From NCBI RefSeq assembly GCF_018350175.1, contig NC_058368.1:182468001-182532000 (forward strand): 64,000 nt of DNA. Reading direction: 5' to 3'. Positions 1-13,300 of this stretch are shown in pieces. The translations under genes and the position numbers were made by a program. The notes under the pieces were generated by a model. That model was given only the letters and a program-made list of their open reading frames with translations. It was not told the origin of the DNA and made no database searches. Source of the DNA: Felis catus. Taxonomy: Eukaryota. The first letter of the stretch is position 1; each line of letters begins with the position of its first letter.

Positions 1-729
1 CCAAATGAGTCCCATCAAGGTCATGAACTTGAGAAGCCATCTGTTAAAAAGTACTGACATGCCCCATTACAAACAAATCAAAAGACATTTTCAAAGCACT
101 AAATAAAGCTATTTATTTGGTTAGACAATATTTCTGAAATAAATTAATAAATTCCTTTGAGTCGATCAAAATCTCAATATTTCATCCATCTAGTCCACAA
201 ACAATTTCATGGTCTGTCAAATCCCAGTTGCCAGATTATAATCTTTGTTAGGTATCATCATTTAGAAGAATAGCAGGCAGACAATAGGGTGAAAGGAATT
301 ATTAGAAGAAAAACATTTGTAGGTATTGGGGTAGATTTTAGCCCAGAGAAATACCTTTCAGGATAACATATGTTCTTAATTTAAGTTTGTGTCTCCTTCT
401 GACTTGTTGTTTTTCTTAAGTAATATTTAATTGGTTTCTAAGGCAATTGATAAATTCTCTTCCACCACTACTATTGCCTGGTATTTACGCCCCTTTGGTT
501 TCTGGTAGATATGGAAAGATGTAGTTTCATTTTACTCACTATGTCAAATGTATAGAGTTGAGATAGCTCTATTCAGCTTTCTAGAGCTTAGCATCTTGTT
601 ACTTAGGCTTTACCTTTGTGCCCAATAGTTTGCATATTTTTAGGCCAATGGCTGATGGAAACTAGAGCCTACTAATACAATCTCTTAAAAAATTTTTTCT
701 TGAAACAAAATTACATAAGGCACTTAATA

Positions 730-852
730 AAATGCTTATTCCTGGGCTCCGACACTGCCCTACTGAACCAGATACTTAGGGTCAGAAATCTGCAATGTTA
801 ACAATTTTTTGAGTTGATTCTTATGTCTACTGCTGTTTGGAGATGATCACTT
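730..852. mobile_element. MER5-like hAT-Charlie DNA transposon fragment
   Basis: attcctgggctcc..cctactgaaccaga..aatctgcaatgttaacaa..tgattcttatg resembles the MER5A core. Confidence 0.6.
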
Positions 853-1149
853 TCAACATTTTCACAGCTCAATAACATCTCCACTACAGGCTAACAAGCA
901 AAACCCAAATGGAGAGAATAAAGCATCATTCTATTTGTTAGTCACACTTTAGTGGAAGCAAGATAAAATACCAACTAAATGAGGTTTTGGAATTGTGCCT
1001 GGCTTTTATTAATTCCTGCCATTTTCCCCTACTATCATGAAAAATGAAAATGTGATGACCTGAACTTTGGGTCCATTATATAAACTGAATTTCTGAAGCC
1101 ATTTGTGGAAAACTATTTCATAACTAGTGAAATAGAGACACATTATATG

Positions 1150-1990
1150 TATTCATGCATTCATTTATGCATTTACTCTTGTATCAATCACATATTAATT
1201 GTACACGGATGACATATTATGAATACATCAATTATTATTTTAAATTCTGGGCAAAAAAAAGATAAACTAAAGATGATCTCTTCCTCCAGGAAGAAAAACA
1301 TGTGACCAGTAATTTAGAAAACAAATGACTATAACTGATGTATGGACAAAGTGAGGTATAGACAGAATAAGCAGGAATGATGTATTAAGTCAGTTTTTGT
1401 AGGCCATGAACAATCAATGGAATATCTTTGAGGCATGAGATTTAGGCAAAGAGATTATTATGAGCAAAAGCATGAAGGTAGGAGGTATGGAAGTAGGGTA
1501 GTTTCAGGAAACAGGTTAGTGTGGTTTACTGAGAAACTACATGAGAAATCATGTTAGAAAGTGAGGAGGGAATGATCAGTTCTGCAGTGTTTTTGTGTCC
1601 ATGTTTGAGATGGGTTTAGCACCTTCATTCACATAAGAGCTGACATTAAAGCTGTCTAGAAAGATGAATAGGATTTTACCACCAAACATTGAAAGCATAC
1701 TCTGACAGTAGAAACAGCTTAAGAAAAGGCATAAGAACATTAGATTGTCCCCTGTCACTGGGGAACAATGTAGTTTCATAGCCTTAGAATAATAATGCAT
1801 GTGGTAGGGATGACATTATATAAAGTTGGAAGATAAGATTAAAGTTACATTACAGAAAGCTACAAATTATGAGCTAAGGTGTTTAAACGTTATCCTCAAT
1901 GGAATGGAATGGAATAGAATGGAATGGATGAAATGAAAGGTCTGTTCTAAAATTATAATTATAGTAGCAGTATAAAAAATGAATTGAACC
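1150..1990 (-). mobile_element. Degenerate L2 LINE fragments
   Basis: attcatgcattcattt (reverse complement of the L2 3' end); gagcaaaagcatgaagg and gagctgacattaaagctg..agatgaatagga are typical antisense L2 motifs. Confidence 0.55.
1897..1940. repeat. Short (GGAAT)n simple repeat
   Basis: caatggaatggaatggaatagaatggaatggatgaaatg. Confidence 0.8.
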
Positions 1991-2378
1991 AAATAAGGAA
2001 TTTACACTTTCAGAAATGACATATTACTTTGGAGAAGTCCTCCACTGAAGTAAAAAAACTACACACATATTTATAATATTTAACATCTGTGTGTATATTT
2101 AAAAACTGCTCAAGCAAATGCAAGGCCTAATAAAATAATAAATAATTACTGGGCCAGGAAGATAAAGGTTCAGGGAGGTTAGGTTGGAATTTGAGGCCAC
2201 CTTTTTTTTTTTCTAACTTGTTTGCTGATCACTGTTTTTGCAGCCTTGTTGGGTTAAGTGGATGGATGGATATTAATATCTAAACTGCCAGGTAAAGGAA
2301 ACCTAAGGAATCTCCCTTGTTTTGAGGAGGATACTGAAATACTACATCTTGGGAATAGGTTTAAAAGAGAAATAGGCA

Positions 2379-2606
2379 GGGATACCTGGGTAGTTCAGTT
2401 GGTTGAGCGTCCGACTCTTGGTTTCAGCTCAGGTCATGATCTCACAGTTTTGTGGGTTCGAGCCCCACATCTGGCTCTGTGTTGGCAGTGTGGATTCTGC
2501 TTGGGATTCTCTCTCTATCTCTCCCCCCCCCCACCTTTCTGCACCTCCCCCTGCTTGTGCCATCTCAGTCTGTCTCAAAATAAATTAATAAACTTAATAA
2601 AAAAAT
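2379..2606 (+). mobile_element. Can-SINE (tRNA-derived)
   Basis: gggatacctgggtagttcagttggttgagcgtccgactcttggtttcagctcaggtcatgatctc..CT-rich..aaaataaa, A tail. Confidence 0.95.
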
Positions 2607-2699
2607 TGACCCCTTCAGGGACTTGTAGCTCATCTCCAAATAAGCTAAAGCCAACATTTCCCAGGTTAGGAAGAAAACCTATATCCTATCTGAAAGAAG

Positions 2700-4135
2700 A
2701 TAATATCAGAGACCTCAAATTATTTCTACAAATAATTTTATAAAAACAATGTCCAATAAAATTGAAAAAAAATAACCAGGTACATGATCCAAAATTACAT
2801 GATCCAAATCAGCAGAAATATTAAAAAATAAAAGCAGATCTACTCATGGTCCAGATACTAGAGTAGCCACTCAGAATTTAAAAGTAACCACTCTATATGT
2901 TCAAACAGAATAAAAGACTATTAGCAGAATATTGAAATAGAAATTTTAAAAAATAGTGGAAATTTTAGAACATAAAAATAAAATAATTGAAATTAAGAAC
3001 TCAGCAGATGGGATTAGCACAGGCTAAACATAAGTGACAAAAGAATTAGTGAACTGAATGATAACTCAGAATAATGAATGAAGCAGAGAGACAAAGAAGG
3101 AAAGTACAAAGAGAACAACAACCATGAAATTTACAGTAAGAAGATCTAGAAAAATAAGAATGAGAAAAAGACAGCCATCATATTTGAGCAGATAATAGCT
3201 TTGAACCTTCCAAAAATAATGAAAATTATCAACCAAAGACATAGGAAATTAGACTTGAACTGGCATTTCACAAAAGAGGATATAAAAGTGGGAATAAACT
3301 TAAAAAAAAAAGGTACTCAACCTCTTATTAATTAGGGAGGTGCAAATTAAAATCGCAATGAAAAAACACTTCACAAGCATAAAAATAGCTAAAATTAAAA
3401 ATACTAACTATATGCAAGTGTCAAATAAGCATATCAATGAAAACTCTCATTCAGTGATGGTTGGAGTATAACTTGCTAAAATATCTTAAGAAAATATGTT
3501 ATCTCCTAAAGTTGAACATACATGCAACATACATATAACCCATAGTTATATAGTTTTAACCCATAGTTATATGTTATATGGAAATCCACCCTTTAAAAAT
3601 TTCCCAGTAGAAATGCAAGTACATGAGCTTAAAAGAAACATGTATGTGGATGTTGATAGTACTATGATTTAGAGTCAATAGGGTAAACAGCTCCAACACC
3701 CATTAATATAATAATAGACAAATTTCAGCATATCCATGATGTAATACTATACTGCACCTGAATTGATTGAGATACAGCTTCCCACAACAACACAGATGTA
3801 TCTCACAATGATAACCTTAAGTGAAAGAAGTCAAGCACAGTAAAAGACTTTCCATATATTTCTGTTAGTACAACCCCCCCCCCAAAAAAATAGGCAAAAA
3901 TAAGTTATGATTACATGAAAAAACATGGTACAACCAAAGGAGTGATTACAATAAATGTCAGGATGATGTCTCCCTTGGAGATGAGGAAGAAGAAGGTAGA
4001 AAGAGCTTCCAGGGTATAGCTCATGACCTGTTTGTTGATCTGAGTGATAGTCACATGGATGTTGGTTTTATAATAATTCATTGTTTTGTTTTTTCTGTGG
4101 GTTTTTTCTGCATATTTCATACACATGCATTTTTT
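2700..4135 (+). mobile_element. Old L1M fragments (ORF1-like region, then ORF2 end and 3'UTR)
   Basis: aattgaaattaagaactcagcagatggg..aattagtgaactg (ORF1-like); gacttgaactggcatttcacaaaagagg, gggaggtgcaaattaaaatcgcaatg, aagtgaaagaagtcaagcac (3' region). Confidence 0.8.
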
Positions 4136-4198
4136 TAAACGTATTGGTGAGAGGCTTCGAGATCAGATGTATGCTTGAATTTTAAAAACTTTCCTTTC

Positions 4199-4321
4199 AG
4201 ATGCCTGGGTGGCTCAGTTGGTTAAGTGTCTGACTCCATTTCAGCTCGGGTCATGATCTAATGATTCGTAAGTTTAAGCCCCACATTGGACTCTGTGCTG
4301 ACAGTGAAGAACCTGTTTGGG

Positions 4322-4370
<49 letters not shown>

Positions 4371-4445
4371 TCCTCTCCCACTCAGGCTGCCTCTGTCTCT
4401 CTCAAAATAAATAATCTTACAATAAATAAATAAATGAATAAATAT
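4199..4445 (+). mobile_element. Can-SINE
   Basis: atgcctgggtggctcagttggttaagtg head, (CT)n, (AAAT)n tail. Confidence 0.95.
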
Positions 4446-4927
4446 CTTTTCAACATTCCAACACAGTCAGTTATAAGCTCAATTTAAAATTGTTTCAAAT
4501 AATCAAAATAAATTTACTTTTGCTTATTAGGCGGTTGTTAATTTAAGTGATAAATATCCTCTTAGAGAATTTGTTAAAGTTTCTTGCTGTTTTTTTCATT
4601 TTCACTAGCATTGCTTTTCCTAAATGAATTTTCCTTACCCCAGATAAAACTTGTACCTAATATGTTAGATCGGGATTTCCCTTCACTGACTGGCCTTGGA
4701 CTTTAACTACTAATCCCAAGTAGTTTTCTTGCTGTAAAGGTCAGCATTTCACAAACCTGTCTTAAAACTAATAAGTAAAGAATAATTCAGATATTCTATT
4801 TCATTTTTGACTACACAAATGTCATTTTTTAAATTGATCCTAAAATGTGGTTTTTATTATGTCATCCTTCTGCTCAGAAACTTCCAACAGTTCACTATGG
4901 CTTAAAGAATAAAAATACATAGTTACA

Positions 4928-5129
4928 GGGGTGTCTGGGTGAGTGTCTGACTTCAGCCCAGGTCATGATCTCCTGGTTGGTGACTTTGAGCCGCGTGTCG
5001 GGCTCTGTGCTGACAGCTCAGAGCCTGGAGCCTGTTTCAGATTCTATGTCTCCCTCTCTCTCTGACCCTCCCCTGTTCATGCTCTGTCTCTCTCTGTCTC
5101 AAAAATAAATAAACATTAAAAAAAATAAA
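4928..5129 (+). mobile_element. Can-SINE (felid SINEC_Fc type) with a deletion in the head
   Basis: gctgacagctcagagcctggagcctg body; perfect TSD aaaaatacatagttaca at 4911-4927 and 5130-5146. Confidence 0.95.
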
Positions 5130-5499
5130 AAAAATACATAGTTACACAATTATAGAGCTAAACAGAATCTTCAGATAACCCAGCTCATTTCCATGACCTC
5201 AGAGATAAGATAAGTGAAACTCACAGATATCAAGGTATAACGCCATAGATGTCATGGACACAGTCTAGAAATTGGGTTTTCCCTTTTTTCTGTTCTTTTG
5301 TACTATATCACAGCAAATTACACAGTCTAGGATTTAAGGTCTCCCAAATTCAAGGTCCACACTAATTGTTTTCAATGCCCCAAGCCCCCCAACACATGCT
5401 ATTCCCTTATAACACAATCAGATATATTTACTATATTCTTAATGTCTTTGGCCAAGTAATTATTTCTTTAGCTTATCTGGTTGAATGAAGGTTTTGATA

Positions 5500-5920
5500 T
5501 CATAGTATCAGTTCATGTTCTTAGACTACAACCCAAATAATTACTTTTGCTTAAACATGAATGTATTATAAAGAAATAGAATAGCTTCCAAAATGAAGGA
5601 ATCCATTACAACCAGATCTTAGTAAGTACAGGTTACATACAGGGCAGCTTCAGTAATGTAAGGAAGAAGAAACTAATAAGAATTATTTAATTTTCTATAT
5701 AGGGATGAATCAGAGACAACCATTTTCCCTCTCTTATACATCCCTTCTAAATATAGATGTAAGAGAATAATTTCTTGGTGTAATTTGGGTCACATGTTTA
5801 TCCACCCTTCGCTCTGGAAGGTGAGTTATCTCCACTGACAATTCTACAAAACTACACAAGTGGGAATGAGGAAAGGATGTAATTGTCTAAAGGAAAATCA
5901 AATTGAAGAACTCCTACAAG
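5500..5920 (-). mobile_element. Old MaLR/ERVL-type LTR fragment
   Basis: gtatcagttcatgttcttagactacaaccc and tgggtcacatgtttatccaccc resemble antisense old MLT1 LTRs. Confidence 0.4.
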
Positions 5921-5935
5921 AAGGAAGCAATGCTT

Positions 5936-6070
5936 GGGACCTCTGGGTGGCTCACTCGGTTAAGAGTCTAATTTTATCTCAGGTCATCATCTCATGGTTC
6001 ATGGGTTTGAGCCCCATGTTGGACTCTGTGCTGACAGCTCGGAGCCTGGGTCCTGCTTTGGATTCATATT

Positions 6071-6127
<57 letters not shown>

Positions 6128-6199
6128 CCTCTCTCTCTCTCCCTTGCTTGCTTTGTCTCTCTTTCTTTCAAAAATAAATAAACATTAAAAAAAATTAAA
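5936..6199 (+). mobile_element. Can-SINE with expanded (CT)n
   Basis: Head, body and tail recognisable; TSD aagaaggaagcaatgct at 5918-5934 and 6200-6216. Confidence 0.95.
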
Positions 6200-8262
6200 A
6201 AGAAGGAAGCAATGCTGGGAGTCAAAAAAAAAATAGAAGTGTACAAAGTAATCTAATCCAAACTAATTAATGAGTCCTTTTCACCATATCTTTCTTCCTT
6301 AAAAATTCCCAGTTTTGGAATTATAATTTGTCAAGCCCTCTAATTTATACCTTTAGGAGTCTTATTATGAGTAAAGTGCACAAAATCTGTATATGTAATG
6401 GAGTTACAGAAACGAGGTAAAGAAAGGGAAAAGTTAATTAAAAAATAAGTTCCTAAGTGATAATATATGTTCTCATAGTCTAATAAAGATGTAAGCTTTA
6501 AAAAAAATTGTAAAAGACAACGAAAAGAAACCCTTAACTTTTCAGGGTAACAGAACAAGGGAGATTCTTCTCAGGTTATTTGTTCCCAAAGTTTCTCTTT
6601 AAATTTTCACTGCAAGTGCTTGATTAATTCCTTCAAGTCTTGTTTGGTGGATGAGAATCCCACATAAATCAAAACTGTCTTGTCCAGCCCCTTCTGCTTT
6701 CGACACTGGGCTTTGAACACTATGCTGTGCAGTCCACAACTCTCTGGATAGGTCTGGGAACTCTGCCATGAGCCTCACTCACTAACCCAATCTTATTTTA
6801 TGGCTTTAGGTTGGAGCATTATACAGCACTATAGAGCCTAGATGACATTTTTCAGTCACAATACTACTGACATATGGCATTGTCTTCATAACCCTTCCAT
6901 TTGTGACAAAATAATTTTCTACTTATTTTCTTAAAACATGGGGGTTGAGTGGCTGTTGCAGCTTCTGAAATGGACACTCAACACTAATGAGCACTAGCCT
7001 ATGGTGACCTATTCAGAATGGAAGACTCACAGTGTGACATTCTATTTAAGTGGGCTAAATGATTGGACATCAGTCACAGGAGTTTAAAGGTCTGGAGAGA
7101 TGGCAAAATATTATTAATTCAATATCTCTTTAATGCTAAAAAAACTATGGCCAGAGGGACCCTTGGACAATTTCTTGGGCTATCAGAATACCTAATTGAA
7201 GATTAATCTCTAATAACCTCTCAATGCCATTCAGAAGTTTAAATAAAGCCCAAACAAGGAAGAAATTGTCAGTTCAGTAGTGTCGTTTACAGCTAATGCT
7301 ATGGAAAACTATTTAATTCATTACAGAGGCAGAGAGGCCCATTTCAATTTTTGCCCTATTTCTATCTGGCCAATTAAATATAATGCTGGATAACCACTAA
7401 AATTAGAAAATGGAAACTTCTGCACCCAGCATTAACTTCTTCAAAGACTTTCTGAGCTGGTACTTTGGGTTTCAGGCTAACCATCAATCCCAAGGGCGGC
7501 CTTCCTTTGCACTCAGGCTAGGTTAGGCACTCAATATCCTTCACAGAACTTAATAGGTCTGAAGTTGGGTTTTGTTGTTGTTGTTGTTGTTGTTTTTTTC
7601 TTTTTTAAAAAGAAATTGTGTCACCACCCATAAAAAACAAACTCTATAAGGACAGTTGATTTCTCTGGCTTACTAACAGACCCCAGCACCTGAAAAAGGA
7701 CTTGGTTTGATACATAGATAGGAACTTACTCATTGAAAAAAAAGAAGGAAGGAAGGAAAAGAAAAAAGAAAAACATACTTGGAGGCCTGAATTTGAAATC
7801 TATGGTAGTGTTTATATTTGTTTCTGTCCTACAAATATTACCACTCTATTAGCAGAATCTTAGAAGAATAATCTTAGGATAAAAGAACTTTTTATACTCT
7901 ATAATTTCTAGCCCTTTAGAAAATATATATTGGAGGGTCACAAGGTTCTAGCACGCCACTACTCTTATATAATCCCACGTTTGCCTCAGGAAATAGGTAC
8001 AAAAGGAAAGAAGGAACCAGACCTTGTCATTCTTAATTTTTGTTTCCCTAATTGGTTTAGTCAGCCTGCTCTCTTAGCAATTTTTGCTTTATCTTCATTT
8101 GTTCTGGGAGGAAGCTGCCTTTGGTTGCTAGAGTTAGGGGAACCAGGGCATTCTCATACAGCAGGGAAAGACCAGTGCAGTAGAGTTTGAACCCATTTTT
8201 TGATGTTGAATCACTAACATCTTATAAGCCTTAGTTTCTCCTTCCCTCCTAGCCTCAGATCT

Positions 8263-8459
8263 AACGTTTATTTGAGACAGAGAGAGACAGAGCATGAACG
8301 GGGGAGGGGCAGAGAGAGAGGGAGACACAGAATCGGAAGCAGGCTCCAGGCTGTGAGCCATCAGCCCAGAGCCCTACGCGGGGCTTGAACCCACGGACCA
8401 CGAGATTGTGACCTGAGCTGAAGTCGGACGCTTAACCGACTGAGCCACCCAGGTGCCCC
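8263..8459 (-). mobile_element. Young felid Can-SINE lacking a poly(A) tail
   Basis: Reverse complement begins ggggcacctgggtggctcagtcggttaagcgtccgacttcagc; many CpGs intact; TSD agcctc(a/g)gatct at 8251-8262 and 8461-8472. Confidence 0.96.
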
Positions 8460-11400
8460 AAGCCTCGGATCTAAACAAGCTGATAGGAAAGCTGGTGCAT
8501 GCCCCTTCCTTTGGCCCCTGTGGAACATTAAAAGAGACCTTGAAAATTGCCAACCTAAGTCTAGCAAATTCCCTAGTCTTACAACAAAAGCGCAACCCAC
8601 TCCTTCTGCCATACTCACAACATCCCAGGTCTATTTGTGCCAATTCTATTCTTCACAGGAATCCCTTGTCTGAGTAATGAACTTTCTTTCAAATTCTCCC
8701 AAATTATCTTCATCTTACCTGTTAATTGCGACATGGCCCAACCCACATCCATGGGAGTGATCACACAGTAGCCAGCCTGACACAAATAGTTTTCACCACT
8801 GACTTGCTTTGTACCTCAAAATAACTTGGGTACATTTGTGATAAGAGTTTATTTTTAGAGGACCTTGCTGAAATCTACATTTGACTCATGGCTATAAATT
8901 GGTTGGCTCTACAGAGAAAGATTCTAAAGAACAAGGTTTTCAACATCTGAAGCTGGAACTAAACACATGGGACACTGTGCAAAAAAGGAAGTGTGTTTTT
9001 AAGAAAGAAGTAGAGATAGGAGACATCTTCCTCTATTTTTTTTTACCCTGGCTATCCCCAAATTTAATGATGTTTTGGGGGATGGGGTTTATGTTAAAGT
9101 CTTTGTAAAAAGGTCTATTTTTTATCACAAGTGAATGTTATTCCCTCCTTCCTTCCTCCCTTTTTATAAGCTTTCATCAATAAATTCCTAATTTCTAAGT
9201 TACATTTAGTCTCAAGTTTTACAATGACAAAGAAAGTATATAATAACAACACAATGTGAAGTGGTGGCCAAGTTGCTATTTGGCCTTTTGGCATCAGCAA
9301 AAGGCCTAAACCTTCAGAAGGCTATATCAATCCCCCAAAAGAAGTTTCTGTGGTGGGGCCAGAAAAAAATAGTGTCAGTTTGTGATTTATTAGTGTACAA
9401 AGGCTGAAATCCAGGCAGCACAAAGAAAAAGAAAAAAAAAATTGTGAAAATATTTGCCAAGATGGTTACCTCAGCTATGACTCCTCTAAGACTGTAGGAT
9501 CACTGACACTAGGCAGAATCTGGGCCTATACGCCCTAGTAGGCACCCAACCCTGCTGTGAGTTTTTAGAACCAAGATAGTTTGGGAGGGTAGAGCATGCC
9601 TAAACAAATTAGCCCCAGCCCATGTAACATGGCAGGGGGGCTGCTATTTGTTTTCCTCTGGAACCAAACATGGTGACACTGTGACACTAAGAGCTGGAAG
9701 ATAGGGAGCAATTTCAGATGTGATGCTAAGATGCCAAAAAAGACAACAATATGTCACTGTGAATAGAACATAGGTTGAAACAAGGAAGCTGAGCAAATAC
9801 TGATATGACTCCAGAAAATCGGGTGCATCTAGAGGCAATGCTGGTAAGAGTAGAGCACAGTAAATACAGTATTTATTAGTTTAATTCTAAAATAGCTTGA
9901 GGCGACATGGAGCACACTAATACTATATATGTTTGACCATCAAGAAGAATGGAAGCTCAAGATAGAAAGTCATAGAAAACAAGAATTACATTATTTTCCT
10001 GCATATCTAAGTTAGTGGCTGAGAAATATCACCTCCAATATTTTCAATTAATATATTATGTTAAAAACTAGCTTGTTAACTTTGTCTTAGAGAACTCTTT
10101 CAACTAAGAATTTGCTGAAATATCACTGACTATTTTACTAACTAATAATCTGAAAGCAAAATGAGCAAGTCACCAAGGACAAATCTTGTCCTCTGGTAGA
10201 TTCTGCATAAATGATTTTTGTTAGCTTCCTTTCATCAAGATTTTTGCCAATTAATTCATAAATATTAGCATTTCATTAATTGCACCAATATTAACATTTC
10301 ATGTCAGTGGGGATTTTTAAGCAAATTTCTAATTACTTTAAAAAGTAAAACAAGGAAAAGGTTTTCTAATAATGCTGGTATTAGCAAGCACTAGAATTAG
10401 TTTTGTCTTGAGTACACATACATTCTAGTATGAAATTCTATTGCTCTGAGTTTTAATGATCAATTTTATGGGTATATTATGTATAACACATACTGAATGT
10501 CATTAATGGGCTAATGAATTTCAATGCTTACGATGAATTTAAGAACCAGTCCATGAATCTTAAGAATCTCTCTCTCTCTTTTCTTTTCTTTCTTTCTTTT
10601 TTTTTTTTTTAGATCAACAGAAAATCAATTCCCAGGAAGTAAAATATTTTCTACATGCTTAAGTATTGGTATTTCAAATGAATGATAAACATAATATATT
10701 TTTGTTTTAATCATTTTTTTTCAAGAAGAAAATTGTTTCTATGGTATGGTATAATAAAATAAAGCATGGAAGTTCTTTGAGGAAGTCATCTTATTCATCT
10801 TATTCTTGATTTTAATAATAATCCAGAGACACTTTCATTATTCTGAGATTTGCTGGCTATTAAAATACTAAACCTTATGCTAATTTACCATAACTTATTT
10901 TGCTTTACATATAAACTGTTTTCACATCAGCAATGTGCTACAGGAACTAAAATAACAATTCATTTGTTTAATAATCCCTTTATAGAAATTGCTGAGGTCT
11001 AATGAGGTGGGAATCTGAGAAACAATGACTTGGGGGCTTAAACTGGCATAAATCATTTTGTTTGTTTTATCCCTTGTCAGACTCATTTTAATTTCTATAG
11101 GGAATCCTCAATTAACTTAAGGGAAAATTTGATGATGAATAACAAACATAAAGGTAACCTGTGGATTATATCTGCATTTGACCTAAATCCTCATTAATGC
11201 TTAAGAATACTTAGTTCTTTTTGTATCAAATTGTCCTGAACTCTGTAGCTTTTCCCCCCTAAATTTTAAAATAATTTATTGGGAAGTAATTAGAAGTTCT
11301 TTCTCTTAAAACATTTAGAGAGCGTGATATCCTTCTGAAACCCCACTCCCATAATATGCTATAGCAATTTGAACGTTTCATCCAGGCTTTGGGTTTTCTG

Positions 11401-13134
11401 AGGTCTTTCCCACCTTAAGCCCTTTGTACAAGCTATTCCTTTTCTCCAGCTAATTCCTAATTTTAAAAATATCATTGGAAAAACTTTACTTCCTCAGAAT
11501 CTTTCCCTAACTCTTTAACCTAATTAGATAACTCTGCTCCTCTCTATAATGACATCCTGTTCTTTATCTTCTTGGCATTTATTATATTTGAATTACATAT
11601 TTTTTGCATGTATTTATTCTATCTATACCCACTTCAGTCTAGACTAAATTCAAGAAGACAAAGATAGTGTCTATTTTGGTTTATTGATGTTTATTGAACA
11701 TAGCATTTGGCAAATAATTGGAACTTGATAACCATATGTAGAGATTTAATTAATTAAAGATAGAAAGAAATTAATTTGCCTATAGGAAGACCTGACTTAC
11801 TACATTATATAGAATCCAACACAGCATCACTATCCCATAACACAATAATGCATATTTATAATGATGTTCTGAGCTCTCTAGAATAAGGTTAAATTATGTT
11901 CAATGTATTATGTTTAAAAAGGCAGGAAATATATAATATATCTGGAATAATTCCCACAAAAATTTTAAAAGAGCAATGAAAGGGAAGCTCCCGGTTATGC
12001 AGAAATGTACATATTATAATATAAAATACGTATTTTTAAATAGTCCCATATGCATTTAACATTATTAGAGTCGCTTTCCCTCTCAAAATCTAAATACTAC
12101 CTCCTTAAGAAGAAGCAGTTAACAGTGTACAGTTTGAAAACCTTTTCCAGAACTTTAAATTTTCGCAGCAGTTTTATTTTAATATATATATAACAGCTAG
12201 AGAGAAGGCTAGAAATTTACAAATGTTAATTGAAACTCATAGCCCGGCCAAATACTTCAAACCTAATGCTTTTCAGTAGTTTCCAATTAATTATTCCAGC
12301 TTTCTTATGTAGGAAGAAGAAAAGATGCCAAATGTGGAAATTCCATGCAGTGACTGCCTCCTTTGGATCAGTGTGTTGGTAACTGCCATACTGATTGACT
12401 GAGAGCAACAGAAAACCCCTGAGGCCTTCTGGTTCAGTTGGGATTGTAATGATAGACTAGCAAGATAAAAGTCTGACAGAACATTAGCTTCAACTGTATG
12501 ACAATGCCCTCCCCAAGAAGATATGATGCTGTGTGGATGAATATAGATTGAAAATGTGGATCCTGTCAGCAGCACTGATTTCACTCAGAAAACCTATATG
12601 CTGGGAGAATGCTGTGTCTGCTCAGGGTTAGGATTCCAGCAATGTGTGAAAAATTCGTTTTCTCAGCTGGAAACACTTATGTGTCTAGTCGTACAAGTAC
12701 TAAGTTTGGGGTCCATACTAACATTGAAGCCGAGAGAAAGGAGAGAGAGAGAAAGGAGAGAGAGTGAGAGAGAGAGAGGTGTGCGGATGTTTGCCCCTAT
12801 TAGGAATGAGTGGGTACTTTTTGGCCTCATGTTGGGCCATGAGAGAGGATCCCACATTGCTCAGAAATAAAGCTTCTTCCTAGGATTACTCAAAGTCCTA
12901 CTTTCCAAATGCACCCTGATGCCATGAAGTGATTCATTTTCCTCCCCTCCATAGAACTGGCACAGTTGTCATCATTTTTATTATTTCTCTGACTGATTCT
13001 CTCCTTCTGACTCCACAGAGCAGAAAATTTACCCTCCAGAGGTGCAGAGGGGATAGATTTTCCTCTTTTTTATTATTTCTCCAAATAGGAGAAGTGAAAG
13101 AAAAAGATGAAGATAAATTTCTATCCCTTTAAGT

Positions 13135-13300
13135 TGGAGTGGTTAATAACATTGACTTTGGAATTAGCCAGCAATCCTGAGTAGGATTTCTCTAACTATG
13201 AGAACTTAAGAAATTCACTATAACTTTCAAAATGCCATAGGACTGTTGTATGAATTTGATGAAATAATGATCATGATGTGAGGTACAGAGAAGTTCTCTA
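13135..13300 (+). mobile_element. MIR fragment
   Basis: gagtggttaataacattgactttggaattagccag..ccataggactgttgtatgaatt. Confidence 0.55.

Noticed and set aside
1897..1940. (GGAAT)n resembling human satellite III
   Set aside because: Only a few units long; an ordinary simple repeat.
2258..2743. 161-aa ORF
   Set aside because: Reads through a Can-SINE, has a non-ATG start and resembles no protein I know.
8400..8459. tRNA-like A/B box sequences in SINE heads
   Set aside because: These are the tRNA-derived heads of Can-SINEs, not tRNA genes.
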